Shown: positions 40,961-53,817 of the stretch, one piece after another
How positions within the stretch are numbered: position 1 is the stretch's first letter
How the letters are laid out: each line of letters begins with the position of its first letter
Source: Heterodontus francisci
Taxonomy: Eukaryota
Length of the DNA stretch: 64,000 nt
Reading direction: 5' to 3'
Assembly (NCBI RefSeq): GCF_036365525.1
Contig: NC_090406.1
Location: 24,596,854 to 24,660,853, forward strand
Translations under genes and position numbers: made by a program
The notes under the pieces: generated by a model
Seen by the model: only the letters and a program-made list of their open reading frames with translations
Told to the model about the DNA's origin: nothing
The model's database searches: none

Positions 40961-43900
40961 TTATCAATATAAAACAGAAAAAGAAATTAAACTTTGCAAG
41001 TAAAAATCTAGCCAAAGTCTGAATCTAATTCGTCAGGCACTTATTTTTTTTTTAGAAAAAACAGAACAGGTTTGCACAATAACAATTAATTTTGAAAGAT
41101 GCTACTCCCAACTAGACCTCAAGATTTATAAATTTCTTCATGAGATTCACAGCAATATTGGGAAAATGCATCCATCTAGATAGGACATTTATAAATGGTT
41201 ATATCAACTGTACATGTGAATTTTTCATTTTGTAAAATATTTTTATTATGTCTTTATACTTTGCCACAGCTTTTGCTTCGTGTCCGCACCAATATTTTGA
41301 ATCAAACTTCTATTATGAGAAATAAAATTAAATCTAAATTATGGAAGAAAAATGCATGTATCCTTCTGGTATTTAAAAAAAAAGTAAAGTCCTTACTGTT
41401 TTCATTTTCTTTTTAGCTTAATTTCTGACTGGGAATTCATTACTATCCATGTATATATTTTATAAGCAGTTGAACATTTTGATTAGACAGTTATATTTTA
41501 ACAGACTCCTACAGAAGGGCTTTTGTGACTTCGTGTATGGAGGTTATTACCATGCACACAATTTGACTAATTAGCACCACTCCTCTAAGCACACCAGCAC
41601 ATTCCTTTTAATATTAAAGAAAATCCTACATCCTTTTGCATAGACGGCAGAAAACTAAAGGTAGCACTGGAGAAAAAAACTATTCTTCAGGTCTTACAGT
41701 TTCTATATTAAAACAGAATTATAAGATCTTTAAGCAGGCTATATAAAGCTCATCATATAGTAGCAAACAACTATTTATTGTGAACAAGTTAACTAATCTT
41801 TGAACTCAAGCATGAAGAGTTAAATACAATTCTATTCAGCATGATGTCCTTAGCGATTAAACACATGGGATGAAACAAATTTATCATTTTGATAGAGTCA
41901 GAGTCATTTACGACACAGAAGGAGGTCATTCAGCCCATCGAGTCCATGATCGTCATTAAAATGATGTGGAAAACGAGGGGCAATTTTAATTTTGTATTTT
42001 TAAGATATAAAAGTTATGTCACAGTTCACCACTCATTGTAAAAGACATCAGCCTAATAAAATAACTTAAATGCCTACTTGTTTGATAACTGGAAACAAAA
42101 ACAGATCAATTAAATTGAAGAACTGATCACAGCACAAATTCAGCACTTTGTAACCCTGATTCTTTGGCCTGTTCTCCTCTGAAGTGCAGCTCCCTACTGG
42201 CAGCATGGGAAGTATGGTTTACCGTACAACTTAAGTAGTTTTGATTAAAGATTATTCGTGTGCTGTACTAACTCAAGAACAAGCTCTATGTGTATTTCAG
42301 TATACAAATAGCACATTTCCTTCCAGTTTTTTTTAATTCATTTGTGGGATTTGAACGTCACTGACAAGACCAGCATTTATTGCTCAGCCCTAATTGCCTT
42401 TGAGAAGGTGGTGGTGAGCTTCGTTCTTGAACCATGTAGTGTAGGTACATCCACAGTGATGTTGGGGAGAGAGAGAGTTTTGATATTAGAACTACATTTA
42501 AAAAACAGTTCACAGTTTTCATCAGGGGATTTTATTTTGCAAAAATATCTTAGCATTTGGTCAGAGTATTGCTCCACCAGTTTCTTCTTATTTCAGGACA
42601 TAAAGAATGTGTTCTCTCAAAAGAAAACAGGAGTAGCAGTGGAGAACAAATGGAAGATCATTAGAGGAAGAGGCAGCTGACTCAACACAAACTGGGTTAA
42701 TAAATATTTTGCTACTTTCAAACTGGCAAGTCATTTTTGTTTAATAGCTTTTGTAATTTTAAGGAAGCTGACATGGCAGAAACAAACTACTAACATTTTT
42801 ACCGTGACTTAATAAAGCATTTAATACTCTTAATGACACCAGCTGATATCAGCCTTAATATATGTGTTTGTTCCTTGTTAGCTTCAAAAAGGAGTCTGAT
42901 GCGACAGTTTAGCACCAAGATTCCTGGTCTAGTTTATTACCAAATCTGAAAGCATTTACTTGAAACTCATATTTTCCTTTCACAATTCGAAGATAAAGAA
43001 ACTTACCTATATCAAAAGTACAAGTCAGCTACTCCCCAATACATTGAAACAATTTTTAAAAAAAGGAAGATTCTAAGATTTAGAGCTCTGCATTATGGAG
43101 AGAGACTTAAATGACTTTAATTTTTTTCCACCAGACAAAAAGAAGTTCGAGGGGAGACATAATCTAGATTTTTAAAATGCTGGAAGAAATGGATTTGTAA
43201 CTGTGGGTACATTATTTACTTTGGACAGCACTAGAGGCCATGATCATTAAATTAACATGGTTGAGATTAGGAATAATCCCTTCCTTTCCCCCTCCAAAAG
43301 AGATGCGGATTAAGCAGTTAATGTCATGTGGATCGATAGCTTTATAACATAGTCAAGATATGTGGTCACGTACAGCTTTCAGAGTTAGTTGAAGCATAAA
43401 TAAACTCATCTTTTTCTCATGCCCAAATAAACTCACATATTGGTGTGGTAATAACTGGCCTGTTTTTATTTCCAGAACCTCTTGAATGTTCTAGTCAAAG
43501 ATTAATAAAAACAATACAAGAGACATATTTGGAGTGTAATTGCTATAATGCATTTTTTCATCAGGCCCCAACTAGTCTTCAGTTATTTTTTGTTAAACAA
43601 TAGTGTCTTTGTGGTATGATGTACTTTACATTTAACCTTATGAATTGTGATAGACAGAAGGTAAAAATGAACTTAAAAAGGAATTCAAAGTTTCTTACCA
43701 TTTGAATTAATTATTAGTCACAAACTCTTTAAAAAAACAAGTTCTGTTTCAGCATGAACACTAAGCAGCACCGCAACCTAATTAAAGATCATATATGCTG
43801 AGAACTTATTAGAAAATATATTTTTTTTACGTTACTTAAAGCATCCGTTTGAGCAAACGGAGTCACAGAAAGGGTGCCATCATTAAGTATTTGGTTAGCT

Positions 43901-45840
43901 ATTATCTTAAACTCTTAATATGTCACATTCTCCAAAACCTGGAGAATGTGGTACATTAACTAAGACAGAGAAACAAACCTGAACTATTTTAGATTCTTTG
44001 AATGGTATGTAGAGGAAAACTCTCCCTCTTCCAGAAAATACTTATACATCTGTTGATAATATTATGCCCATTATAAACTAGACATTAAACTGATTTCTAT
44101 ATGGAATTAAAAAAACTATTTTATAACCAGAATTCCTCTCTATCAAGTTGCTGCTAAATAAATAACTTGACAACAAATTTTCACTTACTCATGGAGTTTG
44201 TTGTCACTAAGAGCAAAATGCACATCAAATTTGGTTTTATGTCAATAGGCTAATCTTTTACAATGCAGCACTTTTCAGTAGCACATAGTATCATTAATAC
44301 CGTGAAGACTGTAATGTCATTGAATGTGGCATCACCGAACATCTTATAATGACTGTTGCTACATTAATCTACTAACTGAAAAAACTAGCTCATAGGGATG
44401 TTAAATAGTAATATAATAAATATAGTCAAAGGATAATAAAGTTGTTATAATGGAAATATAAAGAGTGAAAGCAAACCAGCTCTTGGTGTTGTCTAATAAA
44501 ATATAACACATATTTCAAAATATATAAATATATAATACACTGTGCAAAAAAAATAATACTTGCTGCCACACTGTGATACAAGCGCTCAGAATCTAAAAGT
44601 TCCATCAATATATTCATATAATCTTTTGTGTGTCTGATATAGTTATAGGATTATTTCCCTAGGTGCTGACATCAACCAATCATTCCGCAAAAAAAAAAAT
44701 CAAAAAACTGTATTTCACTAAACATACTGTCAACCAATGAGATGAAAAGGAAGCTGTATGGGCATGAGTACTGGCAACAATGTTCAAAGTTCACCATTGA
44801 TCCTTATTATTAAAACATCGAATACATAATTTCCTATAAAAGTTGATGGGTGAGCTATTACCAGATTATCTACATATTCTCCCTCTCAGTGTTGATAAGT
44901 GTTCCTTGGTGGTCAGTGCCTCACTTGAGTGTCCTTTTGCAAATCAGGAACTTAAAAATGGAGAACTTCCATGATACCCTGACACAGCACAATGAGCAAG
45001 TACAAAATATAGTAGATCATTATATCCCTATCCCAACCACCTAAATATACTGAATTTCATATGTACTTGCTTTATTTGTATATAAATGGTATTTCAATCA
45101 TTGAGTTTAAACTAGAATTAATTCTATTAATATTTACCTTTACTGCATTAACTTTCCTGCACTTTGAAGCCTTAAATAGATGGTCAGTAAATAAAAGTGT
45201 TTATTAAACAGGGTCCTAAAACAGATGTTGTTTTCTTGACCACTAAAACAGGCAAAATTATTAAAATTTTGCATCAATAAAACTTGATTAAAATGATTTT
45301 GATAACTTTATATTAGATATTGTGTTGAACTTTGTAGTTGAAATGCAGACTAGCATATGATCTTTAATTTCTCTTTAAGCTTGTACACTACAGGCACACA
45401 CTTTAAAAAAAATTAAAAACCTGTATGGTAATGTATCTCAGGTCTTGCTGCATTTTCTTTTGACTGTGTTCACACCAATATTCAGACTTTAAAACAGTAA
45501 CTGAAAAAGGAAATGAAAACAAATAAAAAGATTCAACATACCTTTAAAGGCATAACTCTGTCTGCAAAATGCATTCTACACCACTTTTTAAAAAATAGTT
45601 TCTTTTGAGAATGTGTTGACAATATTTTCACATTTCTCTGTGAAATCCCTATTGTTAGCCATCTCATCATGTCCTAATTCAATGGGAAGGGTGGAGATTG
45701 GACTGAGGTGTTCACGTTTGCCTGGCCATCATCACATTGCTCCGCACAACTATGGTATACTTTGAGTGAGTGTGACCAATCTTCTGAGCAACTTTCACTT
45801 TTGCATGGCCATCGTCACATTGCAAATTATTATCCATTTA

Positions 45841-46098
<258 letters not shown>

Positions 46099-46346
46099 TT
46101 AGTTTTTCAATTAACAATGTTCTGTTTTCAATTTGTTTTGCTTTTTTACATTTTCAAATAGATGAAAGCATATATCTTCAACAAGTTAACTGAGTTTATA
46201 TGTTACCATGATATGTATAATTTAGAACAGTAAATAAGGTGTTATGCAATCTAGGTGGCCTAAATGAATAGCACAGCAAGCTCTGACTGCAGGAGTATGA
46301 AACAGCTGAGAACAGTCATAATTCTTTAAAAATAATACTTCAGTTT

Positions 46347-46560
46347 CTGGAAATCTGAAATTAAAACAGAAAATGCCAGGAATATTCGGCATGTCTCATA
46401 GCATCTGTGGAGAGAGAAACGGTGTTAACATTTCAGGTCAATGACCTTTCATCAGAACTGAAACTTTTTCCAGGAAAGATCTGAAACGTTAACTCTGATT
46501 CTCTTTCCACAGATACTGCCAGACCTTTTGAATATTTCTGGCATTTTCTGTTTTTAATTC
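46347..46560. mobile_element. Penelope-type inverted terminal repeat with a minimal hammerhead motif
   Basis: Long imperfect palindrome; the minus strand reads CTGATGA-A-AGGTC-ATT-GACCT-GAAA at 46455-46431. Confidence 0.65.
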
Positions 46561-46830
46561 ATAATAATTAAATCTACAGACAATAATGGCAAGGGAAAAA
46601 ATGAATTTCTTATTGTACTACATTGCTTTCTATTACAGTTCTAGTGTTACTAACTATTGGCTGTAGGGCGCATCATGGAATGCCGCAAAGTAGACTTGAA
46701 CCTGCAAAGAAAACACAGGGAGCTCCCAATCTCAATAGCCTTGGAAAGTTATTCAGTGTCAGCCAAGCATTTATCCACAGGGAGGAAGGTGGCTAGTCAC
46801 CTTAGGCCACACGTACACTTATAATGGACT

Positions 46831-47950
46831 TCTTCATTGGCCTCCTTGTCTCAGGAGACAATGGGTAAGCGCCTGGAGGTGGTCAGTGGTTTGTGGAGCA
46901 GCGCCTGGAGTGGCTATAAAGGCCAATACTAGAGTGACAGACTCTTCCACAGGTGCTGCACATAAAATTGGTTGTCGGGGTTGTTACACAGTTGGCTCTC
47001 CCCTTGCGCTTCTGACTTTTTTCCTGCCAACTGCTAAGTCTCTTCGACTCGCCACACTTTAGCCCCGCCTTTATGGCTGCCCGCCAGCTCTGGCGATCGC
47101 TGGCAACTGACTCCCACGACTTGTGATCAATGTTACAGGACTTCAAGTTGCGTTTGCAGACGTCTTTAAAGCGGAGACATTGACGGCCGGTGGGTCTGAT
47201 ACCAGTGGCGAGCTTGCTGTACAATGTGTCCTTGGGGATCCTGCCATCTTCCATGTGGCTCACATGGCCAAGTCATCTCAAGCGCCGCTGACTCAGTAGT
47301 GTGTATAAGCTGGGGATGTTGGCCGCCTCGAGGACCTCTGTGTTGGAGATATGGTCCTGCCACCTGATGCCAAGGATTCTCCGGAGGCAGCGAAGACGGA
47401 ATGAATTGAGACGACGCTCTTGGCTGACATACATTGTCCAGGCCTCGCTGCCGTAGAGCAAGGTACTGAGGACACAGGCTTGATACACTCGGACTTTTGT
47501 GTTCCGTGTCAGTGCGCCATTTTCCCACACTCTCTTGGCCAGTCTGGACATAGCAATGGAAGCCTTTCCCGTGCGCTTGTTGATTTCTGCATCGAGAGAC
47601 AGGTTACTGGTGATAGTTGAGCCTAGGTAGGTGAACTCTTGAACCACTTCCAGAGCGTGGTCGCCGATATTGATGGATGGAGCATTTCTGACGTCCTGTC
47701 CCATGATGTTCGTTTTATTGAGGCTGATGGTTAGGCCAAAATCGTTGCAGGCAGCCGCAAACCTGTCGATGAGACTCTGCAGACACTCTTCAGTATGAGA
47801 TGTTAATGCAGCATCGGCAGCAAAGAGGAGTTTCCTGATGAGGACTTTCCGTACTTTGGTCTTCGCTCTTAGGCAGGCATTTTCCTCCACACAAGATCAG
47901 GTGGCATGTTGTTCAACCTTGCCTGCCTAAGAGCGAAGACCAAAGTACGG
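46831..47950 (-). mobile_element. 5'-truncated, 5'-inverted RTE LINE with 10-bp TSD
   Basis: LLFAADAAL (from FADD), FTYLGS, LLYGSEAW, GRIPK and C-terminal C2H2; ATAATGGACT at 46821-46830 and 47951-47960. Confidence 0.93.
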
Positions 47951-48019
47951 ATAATGGACTAGTTATAGAGTTATAGCAGAAACCAGCAAGCAAATCTTCA
48001 TTCCAGTCTCTTGGAAAAG

Positions 48020-48460
48020 AAAGAATTTGCATAGATATTATCGCACCTTTTATACCCTCAGGCTGTACTAAATTGCTTCAAAGTCAATCAACTAGTTCTG
48101 ATGTAGTATTACTAATGTTATATAGCAAAATGAGCAACATATTCCCACAAACAGCAAAAAATATAAATGACCAACTAATCTGTTTTGGCGGTATTGGTTG
48201 ACCAAAGAATGTTGGACAGGATGCTTGGGAGAATTTCCCCACTATTTCTTCACACTGTGTCTTTGGATCTTTTACATCCACCTGAACATGTTGGAGCATC
48301 CTCAGTTTAATGTCTCATCTGAAAGAAGGCACCTCAAACAATGCAACACTCCCTTGGTGTTACATTAAAATGAATAGATTATGTACTTAAATTGGGGAGT
48401 GGGGCTTGAACTAATGTCCTTCAGATTCCAACACAAAAGAACAACCAACTGAGGCAAATT
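48020..48460 (-). mobile_element. Old SINE, DeuSINE-like
   Basis: tggatcttttacatccacctga...ctcagtttaatgtctcatctgaaag resembles the recalled Deu domain in antisense. Confidence 0.55.
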
Positions 48461-49734
48461 GACAGCTCTGATGGGAAAAATAAATTATGCAAGTGGTTGC
48501 TAGGCATTTGCAACTCTCATAGTTTAGGGCAACCTATTTTTGTTCTTTTACTTTCTCTTATGTTATTGTGGCTGTTAATGAGGTACTGGCATATGACACT
48601 GGGATCATAGTAAATCAGATGCCACAATTAGTTAGCTTGACAAAATAATATAAGGTCAGCTCACCTAAAATATTTCAGTGGTGCTCCCAGCATGTAGCAC
48701 TCGACAGAATCAGGTACCAGCTTAGAAGGGCTGCTGGCTGCTTAACTGTTGCCACCATTTAAACAAAAAAGAATACAGCCATTGGAATCCTAAGTCTCCT
48801 TGCTACATTTGGCCATTGAAAGCCAAACAAATGCAGCAAAAAAAAAAAATCCCTTGATAAAGTCTGGGCTTCCCCTGAAGGGCCGGTTCCAAACTGGCAG
48901 TTAGTGATTACAATGCTGATCTGCCATCCCAATTTGCATTATGGAGACCGAATGGAAATATGGTAGGACTCAGGCTGTGATAATTTGGGGAGTCAGCACC
49001 CATTACACTTTGACACAATAGTTGCCTGCCATTGCATCATCAGCCCATAATCTCAGTTTATAAACTACCCAGCTGTGACGGTTACCCGTAAATGAGTTTA
49101 ATGCTATACCAACAGTTTCCTTTCTTCTGTTGCAAGAAAAAGCATAAGAGTGTTGTTAGGACATTCTGTTATCTGTAATTTGACTGAAAGGTCTCTATAG
49201 TATTGCAGCACTTTCCTTTCCTGTTAGAAACTGAGAGTAAGAATTAGAATGGCACTGAATCTCCGCTCCAACATTTGACTGAGTCAGAGAAACACATGAA
49301 GCAAGTCTACCGAGGGTTGCACAGGATTGGAAGGTAGTGGAGTGTACTGCAAGTATAACTATTAAGTATAAAATCAAATACCATACAGAAAGGAAAGGTT
49401 ATTGTTTCACTTATTCTTCCTTTTAGAATTCACAGAAGCGCGCACTATTGTCTCACTGAGAAAGAGCAGACAGATGATCTGCTGTCAAGCCTCAGTTAGC
49501 ATTGCTCTGCGACTGAACTCTATAAGCAAGTGGCCTAGTTTGGCTTAATTTCTTATTTTGCCTTCCTTCTTGTGAGAAATGCCTGATAATGACAGATGCA
49601 AAACGTTCATTAACAAAAATGAATTTCAAATTAGACATCTAAAAGTTGTAAATGCACTATAAATGAAATTATCTTGTATTACATTTTTAAAATAAATTTC
49701 TGTTAGAGCCAAAAGATTTTGTTATAATTAATTC

Positions 49735-50160
49735 CAATGCCCTCCTGGCCAGCTCCCACCTTACATCCTCAATAAACTTGAGCTCATTCAAAACTCTTCC
49801 TATTCAACCATTGCCTGTGCTCACTGACATACATTGGCTCCCCTCAACCAGCGCCTCGATTTTAAAATTCTCATCCTCATGATCAAAACCCCTCCATGGT
49901 CTCACCCCTCTCTATCTCTGTAGCCTTCTCCCACCCCACAACTGACTGTGCCTTCAGACAACTCAGCCTGAAGCTCTGAAATTCCCTCCTTGAACATCTC
50001 TGCCTCTCTCTACTCCTTTAAGATACTCCTTGGTACCTAGCCCTTTGAGTGAACTTGCCCACCCTAATCTCTCCTTTGGCTTGGTGTAAATTTTTGTCTG
50101 TTTACAGTCCAATAAAGCACTTTGGGATGTTTTACCCCACTTTATAAATGTAAGTGGTTG
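49735..50160 (+). mobile_element. L2-like LINE 3' fragment
   Basis: LHWLP...DFKILIL RT tail motif and an aagcactttgggatg 3' end. Confidence 0.65.
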
Positions 50161-50650
50161 TTGTAATGATTAACAATATACATTTATATAGCACTTTAAT
50201 GTGGTAAAATAGCACAAGGGGCTTCATAGCTTAGGGTTAGACCAAAGCAGGTGTTGGAAAGAATTAGGTTAGGTAACCAAAAGTAGAATTGAAAGGTAGG
50301 CTTTTAGAAGGCTTTTCAAGTGGGAAAGGATGAAGCAAAGCAGGCAATATTTAGAAGAGTGGAGGATGAAAGCTGTGACATAGTGCTGGAGCAGGTTGTA
50401 GCTGTAGAGAGAAGAAAGATCATGGAAGGATTAATAGATAAAGATTTAGACACTGATGCATACAGAGGATGCTCAGCCGAGGTGCGTGGGAAATCATGTC
50501 TCACAAATTTGATTGAGGTTTTCGAGGAGGTGACCAAGGCGATTGACGAGGGACAAAGGAAAATCTTTAAAGCTAAGAGGTGTCAATTGAACCCATTTTA
50601 CACCCATCCTAAAACACTCCAGAATCGAATGTCTTCTTTTGAAAAAAAGG

Positions 50651-51256
50651 TGTGATATAGTCACACCCTGGGCCATTGTGCAGTCACCAAGGGGAAGAGA
50701 CCAGAGCGTCTCCTACAGGAGGTGACAAGTAACACAGCTTAACCTTACAAAAAGCAGTCTAGTGAGACTCCAGAGAGAGAAGAAAAGCAACATCCAGCAG
50801 CTTGCTTTCCAGCAAACCAGAAGGCACGTGCCCTGCTGTAGAATTCTACATCTATGCTAGACAGCAGAGAACTAGAGTGATCTGCCATCTTCAACTGAAC
50901 TTTCAACCAAGAGAGAAATCTATAATCACCTCAGGCCTGCAACCCATGAGAACTCGACTGCCAAGAGAATTCAACAAGTTTACGTGACTCCCCCAAAACC
51001 TACCCCCCACTTATGCTCTCTATCTGTCTCTTCTTTTGTGTGTGTGTGTCATGCGCGAGAATGCGTGAGTGGATGCTGTTGCAACAATAAACAATTGATT
51101 TTCTGTTTGTAAACCTACAAGAAAACTTGTCACTGTTCATCTATTTGACAAATAAAACACCAAGGGGTTAAACACTAATAACAAAACACACTAGCTGTGG
51201 TCTGGTGGGGAGTTGGACAGTGGGAACCACCCACATCTCACCACTTGGCTGTAACA
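50651..51256 (+). mobile_element. Probable solo LTR
   Basis: TGTGAT ... GTAACA termini, internal AATAAA, TG tract; no TSD recognised. Confidence 0.55.
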
Positions 51257-51610
51257 TGAGAAATTCAGGTGATCAAATGGTATGGTCAAATGTGTTGAAT
51301 ACCAGAGAGAGATCAAAAAGGATAATGAATAATGTACTACTGTCACAGTTACACAGAAGGCAGGTGGTAACTTTGACCAGGGCAGCTTAGAAACTAGAAT
51401 GAAGAAATTTGAACAGAGTGATGGGAGATGTGCTCAATTTAGCTGGCAATGACATAGTGTAAAATCTTGTATCTTCATGTGCCTGTGCCAATTTCTATGA
51501 CTTCTGCCTCCAGACACTGCTAGCAAACCAATCTGTTTTGGATGGTAAATTTACATATATTGTAACAAAGTAAGTAAGTAAAATGCATATTTGAAATTCA
51601 AAGTAACTTA

Positions 51611-51775
<165 letters not shown>

Positions 51776-52199
51776 CTAATTATCAAATTCAATATTCGAG
51801 TGAATGTTCCAAAGTTTCAATATTTATTCTGATAATTTCAGTAATATTTTTGTTGCATCAATACATTCCAAATCAACTCAAAAGATTTTTCAAATGTAAC
51901 ATTGGAAATTGAGATAAAACTACTGGAAAACAAACAAAAACCACAAATTCTGAAAATTCACAAGCGGTTGATCAGCATCTGAAAAGAGAAAGGAAGGTTA
52001 ATGTTTCTGCAACGATGGCCTTGATTTCAACTCTGTCTAGTGGAAACCAGGCGGGGATCAGTTAAAATTGAGAAGGGGACATATGCACTTTTTCCTGCCC
52101 AATCTGAATGACTGCAACTTTAAATTGAAGGCAACAAAGGCACCTACCCCAAGCCGGCAGGATCCTCTTCAAATATGCAGGACATGCTTCAATGGCATC

Positions 52200-52655
52200 A
52201 TTGTCAAGTATATATCTCTTTTAAAAATTACTGAATCTGCTTCCACCAGCCTTTCAGGCACTGCATTCCAGATCATAATTTGTTGCGTTAAAAAAAATCT
52301 CACCTCCTCTCTAGTGCTTTTGCCTATTATCTTAAATCTGTGTTCTCAGTTTTTTCAACGCACCCACTAGTCATAGAGTCGTACAGCACAGACTCTGGCT
52401 ATCTACCCTACTATCTATGCTAATCATAATTTTATATACCTCTATCATGTCCCCTGGAAAGTTTCTCTTGTTTACTCTCATGAAACCATGTATAATTTTG
52501 AACTCCTCCATTGAATCTCTTGTAAACCTTCTCTGCTCTAAGGAGAACAATCTCAGCTTCTCTAGTCTCTTCACATAACTCAAGTCACTTGTCCCGGGTA
52601 TCATTCTGGTAAATTTCTTCTGCTTCCTCAATATTACTTCCACAAAAGTAGTCAT
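52200..52655 (-). mobile_element. CR1 3' fragments
   Basis: FTRMIPG..LSY..RLEKL.LFSLEQRR motif. Confidence 0.8.
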
Positions 52656-52717
52656 TAGGTGGGTTGGGAGGACCTACTCCTTCAAAGTCCAGGTCAACTG
52701 CTGTTAATTAAGTTATT

Positions 52718-53431
52718 GGCTGGAATTTTATGACACCCGCCCCCCCCCACCCCCAGCAGGAGCGGACTGCTGGCGAGGGGTTGTAAAATTGAGTGGGAGA
52801 CGGGGGATGCCATTCCCGACGCCTTCCCGCCCCCACTGAAAATTTACAAGGGATGGTGGCGTCGAAAACGACTCGCCCACCCCAGGCCAATCAAAACCCT
52901 TAAGTGGCCTATTAACTGCCACTTAAGGGCCTCCTCCTCCGACTGCTGGTATTTTACCAGCGGCTGGCAGGTGGCTGAGGACCCCCCAGGAGACCAAGTA
53001 AAATCTGGCAGCCTCCTTGTTGGCTGGGAAGGGGGGGCCCTCCTGATCAAGCATCCTGTGTCTCACGGAGGCTCCCCTGACCCCCCCTCACTAATGGCCC
53101 ATCCGCCCCACTACACAACACTCCCCCCGTCCCCAACCTAGCCCCCTTGCCTCACCCGGGGTCAGCCGATTGTCCCCAGCAAGGCCCCACAAACTTACCT
53201 TTCTCCTGGGGCCGCTGTCTCTCTTGCTGCTGAAGCTGGGTGCAGTCCCAGTAGTGGCCACCGCTGATTGGCCAGCAGCTCTTGGAGACGGGATGTCCTG
53301 CCCGAGGCCAATAAAGGGCCGGGGGTGGCAGGTAAAATCCTGGCGTGGCTCCCAGGTCCAGCAGAGGCAGGCTCACCTCCCGATTTTCTGGCCGGTGGGC
53401 AGGGCCTTCCAACCAACGTAAAATTCTGGCC
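52718..53431. mobile_element. GC-rich MITE with 3-bp TSD ATT
   Basis: GGCTGGAATTTTATG ... CGTAAAATTCTGGCC, ATT on both flanks. Confidence 0.85.
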
Positions 53432-53469
53432 ATTACTGTACAAATTTATACCTGATCAATCAATCAATA

Positions 53470-53817
53470 GGGGTGGCGCAGTGGTTAGCACCGCAGCCTC
53501 ACAGCTCCAGCGACCCGGGTTCAATTCTGGGTACTGCCTGTGTGGAGTTTGCAAGTTCTCCCTGTGTCTGCGTGGGTTTTCTCCGGGTGCTCCGGTTTCC
53601 TCCCACAAGCCAAAAGACTTGCAGGTTGGTAGGTAAATTGGCCATTATAAATTGCCCCTAGTATAGGTAGGTGGTAGGGAAATATAGGGACAGGGGAATG
53701 TGGTAGGGAACATGGGATTAGTGTAGGATTAGTATAAATGGGTGGTTGATGGTCGGCACAGACTCGGTGGGCCGAAGGGCCTGTTTCAGTGCTGTATCTC
53801 TAAACTAAACTAAACTA
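53470..53817 (+). mobile_element. HE1-type V-SINE, intact-looking
   Basis: tRNA-like A/B boxes, V-domain (gggtgctccggtttcctcccaca), CR1-like tail, (TAAAC)n end. Confidence 0.9.
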
